NCBI GenBank assembly: GCA_963676615.1
Contig: OY781092.1
Coordinates: forward strand, 973,745-1,037,744
Length of the DNA: 64,000 nt
Reading direction: 5' to 3'
DNA from: Candidatus Cloacimonadota bacterium
GTDB taxonomy: Bacteria; Cloacimonadota; Cloacimonadia; G963667145
The notes under the pieces were generated by a model. That model did not search any database. It had not been told where the DNA came from and was given only the letters and a program-made list of their open reading frames with translations. The position numbers and the translations under genes are program-made. This document shows, piece after piece, positions 9,662 to 19,069 of this stretch; within the stretch, counting starts at the first letter, position 1; each line of letters begins with the position of its first letter.

Positions 9662-10582
9662 ATGCAAATCCAAACTCTTTGCCAAAACACCACTTGGCTC
9701 GCACCGCTTGCGGGATTCACCGATTTGCCCTATCGCCAAATCGCCAAAGAAAACGGCGTCGGCGTGCTAACCACCGAAATGGTCAGCGCCGCGGGACTCA
9801 CCTACAACCCCGCAGCCAGCTTGCCCTATGCGGACACAAAAAACGATAAATCTCCCATCGGAATCCAGCTCTTCGGCACTGAGCCAGACCATTTCCAAAA
9901 AGCCATTTCGATTTTGCCAAAAACAGATTTTTTGTGCATCAATATGGGATGCCCCGTGAAAAAAGTGGTCAAAACTGGCGCAGGCTCGGCTCTTATGGAC
10001 ACTCCCGAACTCGCAGCCGAAATCGTTCAGCGCTGCAAAAAACACCTGCCAAAAAACACTCCGCTGGTGGTCAAATTTCGCACGGGATTTTCCTCGGAAA
10101 ACTTTCTGAATTTCGGGCTGCAGATGCAAGAAGCTGGAGCCGACATCCTGATTTTGCACCCTCGCACCAAAGCGCAGATGTTCACAGGTCACAGCAATTG
10201 GTCGCAAATCAAGACGCTGAAAAAAAAATGCCAAGTGCCCGTAATCGGCAACGGCGATATTTTTTGCCAAGCTGACATCAAAAAAATGCAAGACGAAACC
10301 GCTTGCGACGGCGTGATGATTGGGCGAGGCGCTATCGGCAATCCTTGGATTTTTTCGGGAAAATCGTCCACAAAAAGCGAAAAACTGGCGACGATTAAAA
10401 GGCACTATCATCTCGCGATAGCTCATTATGGGCAAGAAAAAGGCGTCCGCACAATGCGAGCGCATATCGGCAAATACACCAAAAATCTGCAAGGCGGCAA
10501 CAAAGCCCGCCAAGCTATCAACGCTCTTATGAATTTGGAAGAGATTTTTTCGGTGCTGGACGAACTTTTTTTATCCTCTTAA
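9662..10582 (+). CDS. tRNA-dihydrouridine synthase
   Basis: It has the Dus-like TIM-barrel signature LAPLAGFTDLPYRQIA and later ICINMGCPVKKV (catalytic Cys). The start is chosen at the internal MQIQTL. The track ORF begins earlier. Confidence 0.8.
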   Translation: MQIQTLCQNTTWLAPLAGFTDLPYRQIAKENGVGVLTTEMVSAAGLTYNPAASLPYADTKNDKSPIGIQLFGTEPDHFQKAISILPKTDFLCINMGCPVKKVVKTGAGSALMDTPELAAEIVQRCKKHLPKNTPLVVKFRTGFSSENFLNFGLQMQEAGADILILHPRTKAQMFTGHSNWSQIKTLKKKCQVPVIGNGDIFCQADIKKMQDETACDGVMIGRGAIGNPWIFSGKSSTKSEKLATIKRHYHLAIAHYGQEKGVRTMRAHIGKYTKNLQGGNKARQAINALMNLEEIFSVLDELFLSS

Positions 10583-10761
10583 TCGGGGAAATTTTCTGCT
10601 TTTTGAACACCAAAATAGGGACTTATATTTTGCACGAAAAATGGTGACTGGCTTTTGCTCTTCTTCCCTCATTCCACCAAAAGAGGGAATCCATCTCTAA
10701 CACAATTCTGAAAAATGAAGTCAGGCGGCTACTTTTAACTTTTACCTAATAACTAATAACT

Positions 10762-10815
10762 GTCTGACACCAAAATAGAGGCTTATCATTTATTGCTTAT
10801 ATTTTGGTGTCAGAC
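10762..10815. terminator. Strong stem-loop at the convergent ends of the dus and lptF/G-family genes
   Basis: The two arms, GTCTGACACCAAAATA and TATTTTGGTGTCAGAC, are perfect 16-bp reverse complements with about a 22-nt loop. The structure overlaps the stop of the downstream minus-strand gene. Confidence 0.5.
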
Positions 10816-11909
10816 TAAACTTCCGCCCTGCTGGCGAACCAAAGCCCAATAAAAGTAAACAAAATATTCGGTCCCCAAGCAGCCCAAAAAGGCGAAAGAA
10901 CGCCAGTATAACCAAGATTTTGGCTAACTCGCAAAGCCGCCAAATAAACAAAACAAACCACCAAGCCGACCAAAAACACAACGCTTCTAGTTTTGCTACG
11001 AACAGAAGCTGACGCCATGGGAACGCTAAAAAACAAAATAATAAAATTCGCAAACGGGAAAGCCAATTTCGTCGCCAAATCGACACGCTCTTCCAAAGAT
11101 TTTTCGCCCACTTTCTCCTGCCGCTGAATATACTCATTTAGCTCCGAATAGCTCATCGCCAGCGGATCTTTGGAAGATTTAACAAAATCGATCGGCTTCA
11201 CATCCACAATCGGAATAACTTTTTTGTCCTTGAAATACTCCACCTCCGTGGGCATTCCGTCCTCAAATTTGCGGATATAGCACTTTTTAAAAAGCCACTT
11301 ATCTCCTTCCCAAACAGCCGATTGCGCCGATATCGTTTGCAGCAAACCGCCCGTTTTGGGGTCGTATTGCACAATGTCGATATTGTAGAGCTTTTTGCTA
11401 TAGCCGTCAAAAAAACCGATATTAAAAAACAGGTCGTTCTCGCCTTTATAGTTAATGTTGGCGCGGCGCTTGATGTCTTCCATCTTTTCGCCCCGAATTT
11501 TGACAATATAAGTGTGCTCGCGCAGCTGAATCGCTTTTGGCAAAACGGCTTCGCCGACCCACATCACAAAAAAACTATAAAAAAATCCAAAAATAAAAAT
11601 GGGCAAAACCATCCGCGCGATGCTGCGTCCAGAAGCCCGAACAGCGATCGACTCGTTAAATTTCGAGAGCTTATTCATCAAAAACAAACTCGCCAAAAGC
11701 ACCGCCACAGGCGATGTGAGGATAAAAAGATACGGCATATTGTAGAGAAAATACGAAAGCGAATCGTAGAGCGTCGCCCCATATTTCATAAACCTCGTCA
11801 GGCGGTCAAAAATGCTAATCACCACAAAAAGCACCGAAAAAGACAAACTAATCAGCACAAAATTTTTAATGTAAGAGCCCAAAATGTAGCGGTCTAAAAT
11901 CTTTATCAA
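10815..11909 (-). CDS. LPS export ABC transporter permease, LptF/LptG (YjgP/YjgQ) family
   Basis: A 364-aa protein with TM helices at both ends and a central periplasmic domain. It overlaps its paralogous neighbour by 4 nt. Confidence 0.75.
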   Translation of the reverse strand: MIKILDRYILGSYIKNFVLISLSFSVLFVVISIFDRLTRFMKYGATLYDSLSYFLYNMPYLFILTSPVAVLLASLFLMNKLSKFNESIAVRASGRSIARMVLPIFIFGFFYSFFVMWVGEAVLPKAIQLREHTYIVKIRGEKMEDIKRRANINYKGENDLFFNIGFFDGYSKKLYNIDIVQYDPKTGGLLQTISAQSAVWEGDKWLFKKCYIRKFEDGMPTEVEYFKDKKVIPIVDVKPIDFVKSSKDPLAMSYSELNEYIQRQEKVGEKSLEERVDLATKLAFPFANFIILFFSVPMASASVRSKTRSVVFLVGLVVCFVYLAALRVSQNLGYTGVLSPFWAAWGPNILFTFIGLWFASRAEV

Positions 11910-13207
11910 ATTTGGCTTCCTTTTGATTTTACTATTTTTTGGAAAAATTTGCGAACCTTAAAGCGCACAGAATCGAAAGCGTTGGTGTCGCGTCGAGATT
12001 TCCAGGTGAGGAAAATTCCCAAAATAATCAGCACAATATTCGACAGCCACATCGCCAGCCACGGCGCAACATAGCCGCGGTCTGCCAGTTCTTCGCCTCC
12101 CAAAAGCATCGAATGATACAGCACGAATACGACCATACTAAAGCCAAAAGCCGCGCCAACTCCGCTGCTTTTCGCCATCAAACCCACTGGCACTCCCAAA
12201 AACAAAAACACGATGCAAGCAAAAGCCAAAGCGTTCTTCTTGTGAATTTCCACCCAATAAGCGTAATTATACTCCCGATGCTTGCGAGACTTACTCTCTT
12301 GCTGCAACATCTTGGTCGTCGTGGCATCATACGCTCTGCCATGCTCCATTTTTTCCAATTTTTGATGATAAATCTCCCGCAGAGAGTCAGCCGTGAGGAT
12401 AATCTTGGCATTCTCGCCAATTTTTTGCATCATCACTCTCGTGTTCATCTCCCTATCGCTGAGCGTGTGCCGCAAATTACTATCGCCCGTGCTCCCGAAG
12501 ATATTAAAGTTGAAAGTTTTGAACTTCACAACTCTGTAAGTGCTTGGATTTTTAAGGCTTTTCTCGTGAATTTCGCCATCGTAGAGCTTGGCAATCAAAT
12601 CGTTGCCGTTATTAGCAAGGTCAATTTCGCCATACTTGGCGCTAACTATCTGAAAAGTCTCTCGTTGCCCCTTGTTGTAGATAATCACATCGCGCAAATA
12701 CCGCTCGTCCTTTCCGCCAGCGTAAATCACCAAATCGGAGATGTTTTGATTTTTGTTAAAAACGCCCGTTTTGATATTGCTAATAGGGTTGCGATACGCA
12801 ATGTGAATGAGTAAATCACGCGAGTTGTAATTGCTGTCGGGCAAAATTATGTGATTGAAGTAGAGCATCCCGCACGAAAAAAGTATCACCAAAAGGTAAA
12901 GCGGACGAAGCAATCGGTAAACGCTTATTCCACAAGACTTTATCGCCGTTAGTTCATTATCGATGGAAAGCTTGCCGAAAGTCATTATCGACGCAAACAA
13001 AATCGCCATTGGAATAGTGAGCGCCACCATTGCCGGCAGATTGTAGCCAAACAAGCTCAACACCGTCATAAACGAGAGTTTTTTTTGAATAATCAGGCTG
13101 AGTTTGCTGATAATCATATCGATAAGGAAGAGCGATGTGAACACGCCAAGCGCACCAATAAACGGCTTAAACGACTCCTTAAGCAGATATCTTTCCAGTA
13201 TTTTCAT
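11906..13207 (-). CDS. LPS export ABC transporter permease, LptF/LptG (YjgP/YjgQ) family
   Basis: A 433-aa paralogue of the preceding gene with the same architecture. A pair of such genes is typical for lptF and lptG. Confidence 0.75.
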   Translation of the reverse strand: MKILERYLLKESFKPFIGALGVFTSLFLIDMIISKLSLIIQKKLSFMTVLSLFGYNLPAMVALTIPMAILFASIMTFGKLSIDNELTAIKSCGISVYRLLRPLYLLVILFSCGMLYFNHIILPDSNYNSRDLLIHIAYRNPISNIKTGVFNKNQNISDLVIYAGGKDERYLRDVIIYNKGQRETFQIVSAKYGEIDLANNGNDLIAKLYDGEIHEKSLKNPSTYRVVKFKTFNFNIFGSTGDSNLRHTLSDREMNTRVMMQKIGENAKIILTADSLREIYHQKLEKMEHGRAYDATTTKMLQQESKSRKHREYNYAYWVEIHKKNALAFACIVFLFLGVPVGLMAKSSGVGAAFGFSMVVFVLYHSMLLGGEELADRGYVAPWLAMWLSNIVLIILGIFLTWKSRRDTNAFDSVRFKVRKFFQKIVKSKGSQI

Positions 13208-13229
13208 CTAAGTTTTTTAAAAAGATTTT

Positions 13230-14000
13230 TTAGTAAGATTTTGCAATTCTAAATCCGACATTAGATTTTCGCCGCGATGGTCTTGCATAGTTGCGGAAAG
13301 CAACTCCCGCTTCTTTTTTGCCAGAAGTAAATCCTCCGCCTCTTATCACTCTATAATTTGAGTAGTTTGCGCCCTTAGGATTGTTTGGCATTAGCTTTGC
13401 CAATCGATAATAGGTAAGGTCATACCAATCGTTGCACCACTCGTTCACATTGCCTGTCATATCGTAAATTCCCAAGCTATTCGGAGATTTTTGCCCCACT
13501 GGATGCGGCAGAGTGTCGATTATCCAGCCGACATTATCTGCTATCAAACTCCCCGAATACTCGTTTCGATTTTTGTCGTTTCCGCCAATAGCCGCCAGCT
13601 CCCATTCCGCCTCAGAAGGCAATCTGTAACCAGAAGCGTCGTAGTTGCACTTTATCATCTCTCCTTTTTGCAAATCGTAGCACGGAGTCAGCCCCTCTTT
13701 TTCGCTCAATTTATTACAAAACAAAACTGCGTCCCACCAACTAACATTAGACACAGGATAATCGTCGCCATCTACAGGCCAGTCGCGGCGCCCCATTAGG
13801 CTATTCCACAATTTTTGCGTCACCTCGTATTTGGAAATGTAAAAACTGTTGACTTTGACTTTATGCTCTGGGAAAAGATCATCGGTTTGAGCGTTGTCGC
13901 CGCGCGTGTAACTATTGCCACGCACCTTCACCATCTGCACTCCCCACAGCAGCGAAAAACTCACAAAAACCAGCAGAAAAATCAACTTTTTCGTTTTCAT
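13230..14000 (-). CDS. Formylglycine-generating-enzyme (SUMF1/FGE-sulfatase) domain protein, secreted
   Basis: It has a signal peptide and FGE-domain motifs (VSNVSWWDAVLFCN, GNVNEWCNDWY, RVIRGGGF). Confidence 0.7.
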   Translation of the reverse strand: MKTKKLIFLLVFVSFSLLWGVQMVKVRGNSYTRGDNAQTDDLFPEHKVKVNSFYISKYEVTQKLWNSLMGRRDWPVDGDDYPVSNVSWWDAVLFCNKLSEKEGLTPCYDLQKGEMIKCNYDASGYRLPSEAEWELAAIGGNDKNRNEYSGSLIADNVGWIIDTLPHPVGQKSPNSLGIYDMTGNVNEWCNDWYDLTYYRLAKLMPNNPKGANYSNYRVIRGGGFTSGKKEAGVAFRNYARPSRRKSNVGFRIAKSY

Positions 14001-14174
14001 AATAAAAATCCCTTTAAAAAAAATTAAATCAACCGTTTACCTTAAAGATGCAAAAAGCAAAAACTCACAAAATAAAACGCGATTATAAACTCAAATAAGA
14101 TTGTGGGCTGTCAACCAAAAATTCCAGAATTTCCACTTTACAACTGCAGGAGATTAGTTTTGTTTGCGATAATT

Positions 14175-14501
14175 ATGAAAAAAGCGTATTATTCTATCGG
14201 CGAGGTCTGCAACCTGTTGGAGTTGCCCGATTACACCGTCCGTTATTGGGAGAGCGAGTTCAAGCAGCTATCGCCCAGCAAGCTCTCTGGACGCAAACGG
14301 CAGTTCACCAAAAAAGATATCAAACTCTTGCAAGAGATAAAATATATGCTCCACACGCAAGGCTACACCATCAAAGGCGTGAGAAAAATTTTGAACAATC
14401 GCAACAAAAAAGAGGACATCAAACAGGAGTTCGACCGAGCAACTGTGAAAAAACAGATCCTCAAAGCAATCCAAGAGATTGAAAATATTATAGCTGAATA
14501 A
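14175..14501 (+). CDS. MerR-family transcriptional regulator
   Basis: It has a MerR HTH (YSIGEVCNLLELPDYTVRYWESEF) and a C-terminal coiled-coil. It lies 10 bp upstream of hisG. The start is chosen at the internal Met. Confidence 0.7.
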   Translation: MKKAYYSIGEVCNLLELPDYTVRYWESEFKQLSPSKLSGRKRQFTKKDIKLLQEIKYMLHTQGYTIKGVRKILNNRNKKEDIKQEFDRATVKKQILKAIQEIENIIAE

Positions 14502-14511
14502 AGGACACAAA

Positions 14512-15369
14512 ATGAAGAAATTAAACCTAGTTTTGCCCAAAGGAAGAATTTTTGATCAGGTAAAAGATCTGCTCAGCCAAGCTGGCGTCAAGCTCACCCT
14601 CAGCGGCAGAGGACTGCGCCCGGCAACGAACAACGAAGATTTAATCGTTAAGATAATGAAGCCGCGCAACATCGCCAATCTGCTGGCTTTGGGCAGGCAC
14701 GACATCGGCTTTAGCGGGGACGACTGGATTTTGGAATCTGGGGTAACCAACGAGCTGACCACAATTTTGCCTCTGGGATTCAACCCCGTGAATATCGTGG
14801 CAGCGATTCCCGACAATCTAACTCTAGAGGGGCTAAAAAAGCGAAAAATCGTTGTCGTTTCTGAATACGAAAAAATCGCCAAAAGTTGGCTCGACGACCA
14901 AGGTTTCGACTACGAATTACTGACGGTGCACGGCGCAACGGAGGTTTATCCGCCCGAGGACGCGGATATGATCATAGACAACACCTCGACGGGTAACACA
15001 CTGCGAGACAATAATTTAAAGATTGTTGCCACGCTTATGCAATCTTCGACAAATTTCGTTGCCACCAAAAGCGCGATGAACGATTCCTGGAAAAGCGAAA
15101 AAATTTTGGAGCTGAAAATGCTGTTTGAGGCTATCCTTTTGGGACGCAACAAATCGATGATCGAGATGAATATCCCCCTAGAAAAAAAGGAGATTATCGA
15201 AAAATTGCCAGCGCTGAAATCGCCAACCGTGATGCCTTTGGCTGGCAATGCTGGCTTTGCTGTAAAAATCACCATCGACACGCAAGAGGTCGCCTCGCTT
15301 CTACCAAAGCTGAAAAAAATGGGCGCTTGCGACATTTTGGAATACAATCTGAACAAGGTAATCTTATGA
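14512..15369 (+). CDS. hisG: ATP phosphoribosyltransferase, long form with a C-terminal regulatory domain
   Basis: It begins LNLVLPKGRIFDQ and has the P-loop-like DNTSTGNTL. At 285 aa it is the long form. Its stop overlaps the next gene in an ATGA overlap. Confidence 0.85.
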   Translation: MKKLNLVLPKGRIFDQVKDLLSQAGVKLTLSGRGLRPATNNEDLIVKIMKPRNIANLLALGRHDIGFSGDDWILESGVTNELTTILPLGFNPVNIVAAIPDNLTLEGLKKRKIVVVSEYEKIAKSWLDDQGFDYELLTVHGATEVYPPEDADMIIDNTSTGNTLRDNNLKIVATLMQSSTNFVATKSAMNDSWKSEKILELKMLFEAILLGRNKSMIEMNIPLEKKEIIEKLPALKSPTVMPLAGNAGFAVKITIDTQEVASLLPKLKKMGACDILEYNLNKVIL

Positions 15370-17024
15370 TTAAAACCAAGCCCAGCGTAGAAAATTTGGC
15401 GCCGTATCAAGGACCGCCAGCGGACAGAATCGAGAAAATCCGCCTAGATTTCAACGAAGTAAATTTGCCGCCATCACCAAAATTGAGCCAGTTAAAATTC
15501 GACCCGCTGCTCTCGGGCGTCTATCCGCAAGAGGACAAGCTCATCGAAATTTTGGCAAAACGGTTTGGCGTCGCACCAAATTCTTTGCTGATTTGCAACG
15601 GCTCAAACGAAGCTATCACCTTGATTTTTGAGGCGTTTATTCAAGAAGGCGATCAGGTGCTCATCCCATTTCCGACTTTTTCGGTCTACTATCTGTTGCT
15701 ACAAAGCAAAAACGCCAAAATCAACAAAATCGCTTACGACGAAAATTTGCGCTTCCCCAAAGAAAAATTTCTGGCAGCCGCCAAAAAAAATCCCAAGCTC
15801 ATCGTTTTGGTGAACCCCAACAATCCCACGGGCGATATGCTCTCAAAGGCAGAAGTCGAGCAAATTTTGCAAGCTGCACCCGACTCGCTGCTCGTGCTGG
15901 ACGAGGCTTACATCCACTTTGCGGAAACGGAGCTGTGGGACTTGACACTGAAATACGAAAATTTGGTCGTGCTCAGAACTTTTTCCAAAGCCTACGCTCT
16001 GGCAGGACACAGAATCGGTTTTGCCATCGCAAATCCTGCAACAATGTCGCTGCTCTACAAGGTTTCACTGCCGTTTCGCATCAATTATTTTTCGCTAAAA
16101 GCCGCCAAAATCGCCCTTGCCGACGAGGAGCATTTTCAATACATTTTATCCACCATCAAAGACGAAAAGCAAAAAATGGAGAAATTTTTCCACTCGCTAA
16201 AAATCGATTTTCTGCCTAGCCAAACCAACTTTCTTCTGGTCAAAACTGGCATATGGAGCAAAGCGATTTACCAAACTTTGGCAGAGCAAGGCGTTATGGT
16301 ACGGCATCAAAAAAGCGGTCCGCTCAAAAATTACATCCGCATCTCGATGGGCACGCCAAAGCAGAACGAAATTTTTCGGGACGCTTTCCAAAAATTGTGG
16401 GCAAATCGGCTTTTGGCGTTCGATATGGACGGCACGCTCATCGATGTCGAACAGTCATATGTCCAGTCGATTAAAGACACCGTCGAGCATTTTTCGGGGA
16501 AAGCGGTCTCGTCTGCGCAAATCGACGCTGTGCGGAAAATTGGCGGCTACAACAACGATTGGGACTTAACGGAGTATCTTTTGCTGCAAGAAAAAATCGA
16601 AGTTGAAAAAACCGAAATTATCGAAAAGTTTGAAAATTTTTATCGTGAAAACAAAAAAACGGAAAAGTGGCTTTTGCCCAGCGAAGATTTGGCGGCTTTG
16701 AGCCAAGAGATTCCGCTGGCGATTTTTTCGGGACGACCACGAAAAGATATCGCTTACGCTCTCGATTTTTTCCAGAAAAAAGAGTTTTTCGGCGAAATTG
16801 TCGGAATGGAAGACACAAAAGATAAGCCAAAGCCCGACGGTTATGGGCTGGAGTTACTTCGCCAAAAATGCAACGCAAAGTTGATTGTATATGTTGGCGA
16901 CACCGTGGACGATGTCAGCGCGGCGCTTTCCGCTGGCTGCGTTGCGGTCGGTTTGCCCCAAGATGAGCGGGCGGATTACTACCTAAAAAAAATTACCGAG
17001 ATAAAAAATTTGGTGTTAAAATGA
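15366..17024 (+). CDS. hisC: Histidinol-phosphate aminotransferase fused to a C-terminal HAD-family phosphatase domain
   Basis: The N-terminal roughly 350 aa are a class-II aminotransferase with the PLP lysine in TFSKAYALAGHRIGF. The C-terminus carries HAD motif I LLAFDMDGTLID and motif IV VGDTVDDVSAA. ATGA overlaps on both sides show translational coupling. Confidence 0.8.
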   Translation: MIKTKPSVENLAPYQGPPADRIEKIRLDFNEVNLPPSPKLSQLKFDPLLSGVYPQEDKLIEILAKRFGVAPNSLLICNGSNEAITLIFEAFIQEGDQVLIPFPTFSVYYLLLQSKNAKINKIAYDENLRFPKEKFLAAAKKNPKLIVLVNPNNPTGDMLSKAEVEQILQAAPDSLLVLDEAYIHFAETELWDLTLKYENLVVLRTFSKAYALAGHRIGFAIANPATMSLLYKVSLPFRINYFSLKAAKIALADEEHFQYILSTIKDEKQKMEKFFHSLKIDFLPSQTNFLLVKTGIWSKAIYQTLAEQGVMVRHQKSGPLKNYIRISMGTPKQNEIFRDAFQKLWANRLLAFDMDGTLIDVEQSYVQSIKDTVEHFSGKAVSSAQIDAVRKIGGYNNDWDLTEYLLLQEKIEVEKTEIIEKFENFYRENKKTEKWLLPSEDLAALSQEIPLAIFSGRPRKDIAYALDFFQKKEFFGEIVGMEDTKDKPKPDGYGLELLRQKCNAKLIVYVGDTVDDVSAALSAGCVAVGLPQDERADYYLKKITEIKNLVLK

Positions 17025-17611
17025 ACAGAATTGCGAAAATCGAACGAAATACCAGCGAGACGAAAATCAAAATCGAGCTAAACCTCGATGGCGAAGGCAA
17101 CTATCAAATCGACACAGGCGTCGGATTTTTCGACCATATGCTCGAAGGGCTCTGCAAGCACGGCTTGTTTGACCTGAAGCTGAAAGCAACGGGCGATTTG
17201 CATGTCGATCAGCATCACTTGGTGGAAGATGTCGGCATCGCTTTAGGGCAAGCTTTTGGCAAAGCTCTGGCGGACAAAAAAGGCATCGAACGCAGCGGCT
17301 ATTTCGTCTATCCGATGGACGAGGCGCTCGCCGTGGTGGCTGTGGATTTAGGCGGCAGAGCCTATTTGCAATACGACTGCAGATTTTCGCGGCAATTTTG
17401 CGGCGGTCTGGATTTGGACTTAATGCCCGATTTTTTCGCAGGGCTATCCCAAAATATTCCGGCAAATCTCGTGGTACGAATGCCATACGGTCGCAGCGAT
17501 CATCACAAATTAGAGGCGTGCTTCAAGGCTCTGGCGAAGGCTCTACGCTTTGCCTGCGCCTATCTGCCACGAGCAACCGACAAAATTCCCTCAACCAAAG
17601 GCAGCCTATGA
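17021..17611 (+). CDS. hisB: Imidazoleglycerol-phosphate dehydratase (monofunctional)
   Basis: IGPD motifs are present: RNTSETKIKIELNLDG, GFFDHML, HHLVEDVGIALGQA. At 196 aa there is no fused phosphatase domain. Confidence 0.9.
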   Translation: MNRIAKIERNTSETKIKIELNLDGEGNYQIDTGVGFFDHMLEGLCKHGLFDLKLKATGDLHVDQHHLVEDVGIALGQAFGKALADKKGIERSGYFVYPMDEALAVVAVDLGGRAYLQYDCRFSRQFCGGLDLDLMPDFFAGLSQNIPANLVVRMPYGRSDHHKLEACFKALAKALRFACAYLPRATDKIPSTKGSL

Positions 17612-18462
17612 AAACCTACCTCGAGTGCTTTCCCTGCTTCCTCAAACAAGCGTTACACATCGCCAAACTTTGCGGGCTGAGCCAAGCAAATCAAAAAAAA
17701 GTGATTGACCAAACTGGCGCCCTTTTTGCCCAAATCGACTTGAACGCTACCGCGCCGCAAATCGCCAGCATAATTCACGACAAGCTCAAAGATTTTTTGC
17801 AAAACGACGACCCTTACGCACAAATAAAAGAGCAAAATGTCGCCCAAGCGCTAAAACTTGTGCCTGCGCTTACCTCCAAACTGCAAGCCGCAAAAAATCC
17901 GCTGCACAGCGCCGCTCGCCTTGCAATCGCTGGAAATGTTATCGACCTTGGCGCACACCAAAAATTTAATCTCGAACAAGAACTGCAGAGCGTGCTTACC
18001 GCCGGCTTTGCCATCGACGACTTCGACGATTTCGCCCAAGACATCAAAAAAGCTAAAAAAATCGTCTATCTTGGCGACAACACCGCCGAAGGCATTTTCG
18101 ACAAAATATTCATCCAACAAATTGCAAAACCAACAATTTACACAACTCGCGAAATTCCCGTAATAAACGACATTACCACACAATGGGCAAAAAGAATCGG
18201 CATCGACACCGTAGCAAATGTCGTCAGTTCGGGAGCGAAAACGCCAGGAACTGTGCCCGAGCTGTGTTCACCGCAATTTCAAAAAACTCTGGCAGAGGCG
18301 GAAATCATCATCAGCAAAGGACAGGGCAACTACGAGGCGCTCTCGGACACAAATTTGCCAATCTACTTTTTCCTCAAAGCCAAATGTCAGGTCATCGCCG
18401 ACCACATCGGCGTTCCGCTGGGTTCGTATCTCCTAATAAAAAATCAGAGGAGGGCAAAATGA
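17608..18462 (+). CDS. DUF89 (ARMT1-like, damage-control phosphatase) family protein
   Basis: It begins MKTYLECFPCFLKQALHIAKL, a characteristic DUF89 N-terminus. It sits inside the his operon with ATGA overlaps at both ends. The track ORF starts earlier in the same frame. Confidence 0.65.
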   Translation: MKTYLECFPCFLKQALHIAKLCGLSQANQKKVIDQTGALFAQIDLNATAPQIASIIHDKLKDFLQNDDPYAQIKEQNVAQALKLVPALTSKLQAAKNPLHSAARLAIAGNVIDLGAHQKFNLEQELQSVLTAGFAIDDFDDFAQDIKKAKKIVYLGDNTAEGIFDKIFIQQIAKPTIYTTREIPVINDITTQWAKRIGIDTVANVVSSGAKTPGTVPELCSPQFQKTLAEAEIIISKGQGNYEALSDTNLPIYFFLKAKCQVIADHIGVPLGSYLLIKNQRRAK

Positions 18463-19058
18463 TAGCCATAATCGACTACGGAGCGGGAAATCTGCATTCC
18501 GTGCAAAACGCCTTGAGCCACCTGCATGCCGACCACATCATCGCATCAACTCCGCAGCAAATTCTTGCGGCAGACAAAGTAATTTTGCCCGGCGTCGGAC
18601 ACTTTGGACAAGCCAGCGGCAAGCTGGAAAACTCGGGCTGCTACGACACTCTGCTCGACTGGATACGCCAAGACAAGCCGTTTTTGGGAATCTGCGTCGG
18701 TTTGCAACTTTTAATGGAAGGCAGCACCGAAGCACCCTCTGCAAAAGGGTTCGGTTTCTTTGCGGGGAAATGCGAAAAATTTGTCGGCAAAAGGGTGCCA
18801 CAAATGGGCTGGAATCAGATTTCGTTCCAGCGCGAAGACCCAATTTTTCAAGAAATACCCGACCAAAGCAACTTCTACTTCGTCCACAGCTACTACCCAA
18901 AAGCGCAAAATCAAGCCGACATCCTCGCCAAATGTAGCTATTGCGACCAAGATTTCGGGGCAATTTTGCAAAAAGGCAATATCTATGGCACACAATTTCA
19001 CCCCGAAAAAAGCGGCAAAGCGGGGCTGCAACTTCTCAAAAATTGGATAAATCTGTAA
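18459..19058 (+). CDS. hisH: Imidazole glycerol phosphate synthase, glutamine amidotransferase subunit
   Basis: It begins MIAIIDYGAGNLHSVQNAL and has the catalytic Cys in GICVGLQLL plus a C-terminal HPEKS motif. A strong RBS (GAGGAGGG) is present. Confidence 0.9.
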   Translation: MIAIIDYGAGNLHSVQNALSHLHADHIIASTPQQILAADKVILPGVGHFGQASGKLENSGCYDTLLDWIRQDKPFLGICVGLQLLMEGSTEAPSAKGFGFFAGKCEKFVGKRVPQMGWNQISFQREDPIFQEIPDQSNFYFVHSYYPKAQNQADILAKCSYCDQDFGAILQKGNIYGTQFHPEKSGKAGLQLLKNWINL

Positions 19059-19069
19059 CCGCAAAAACT

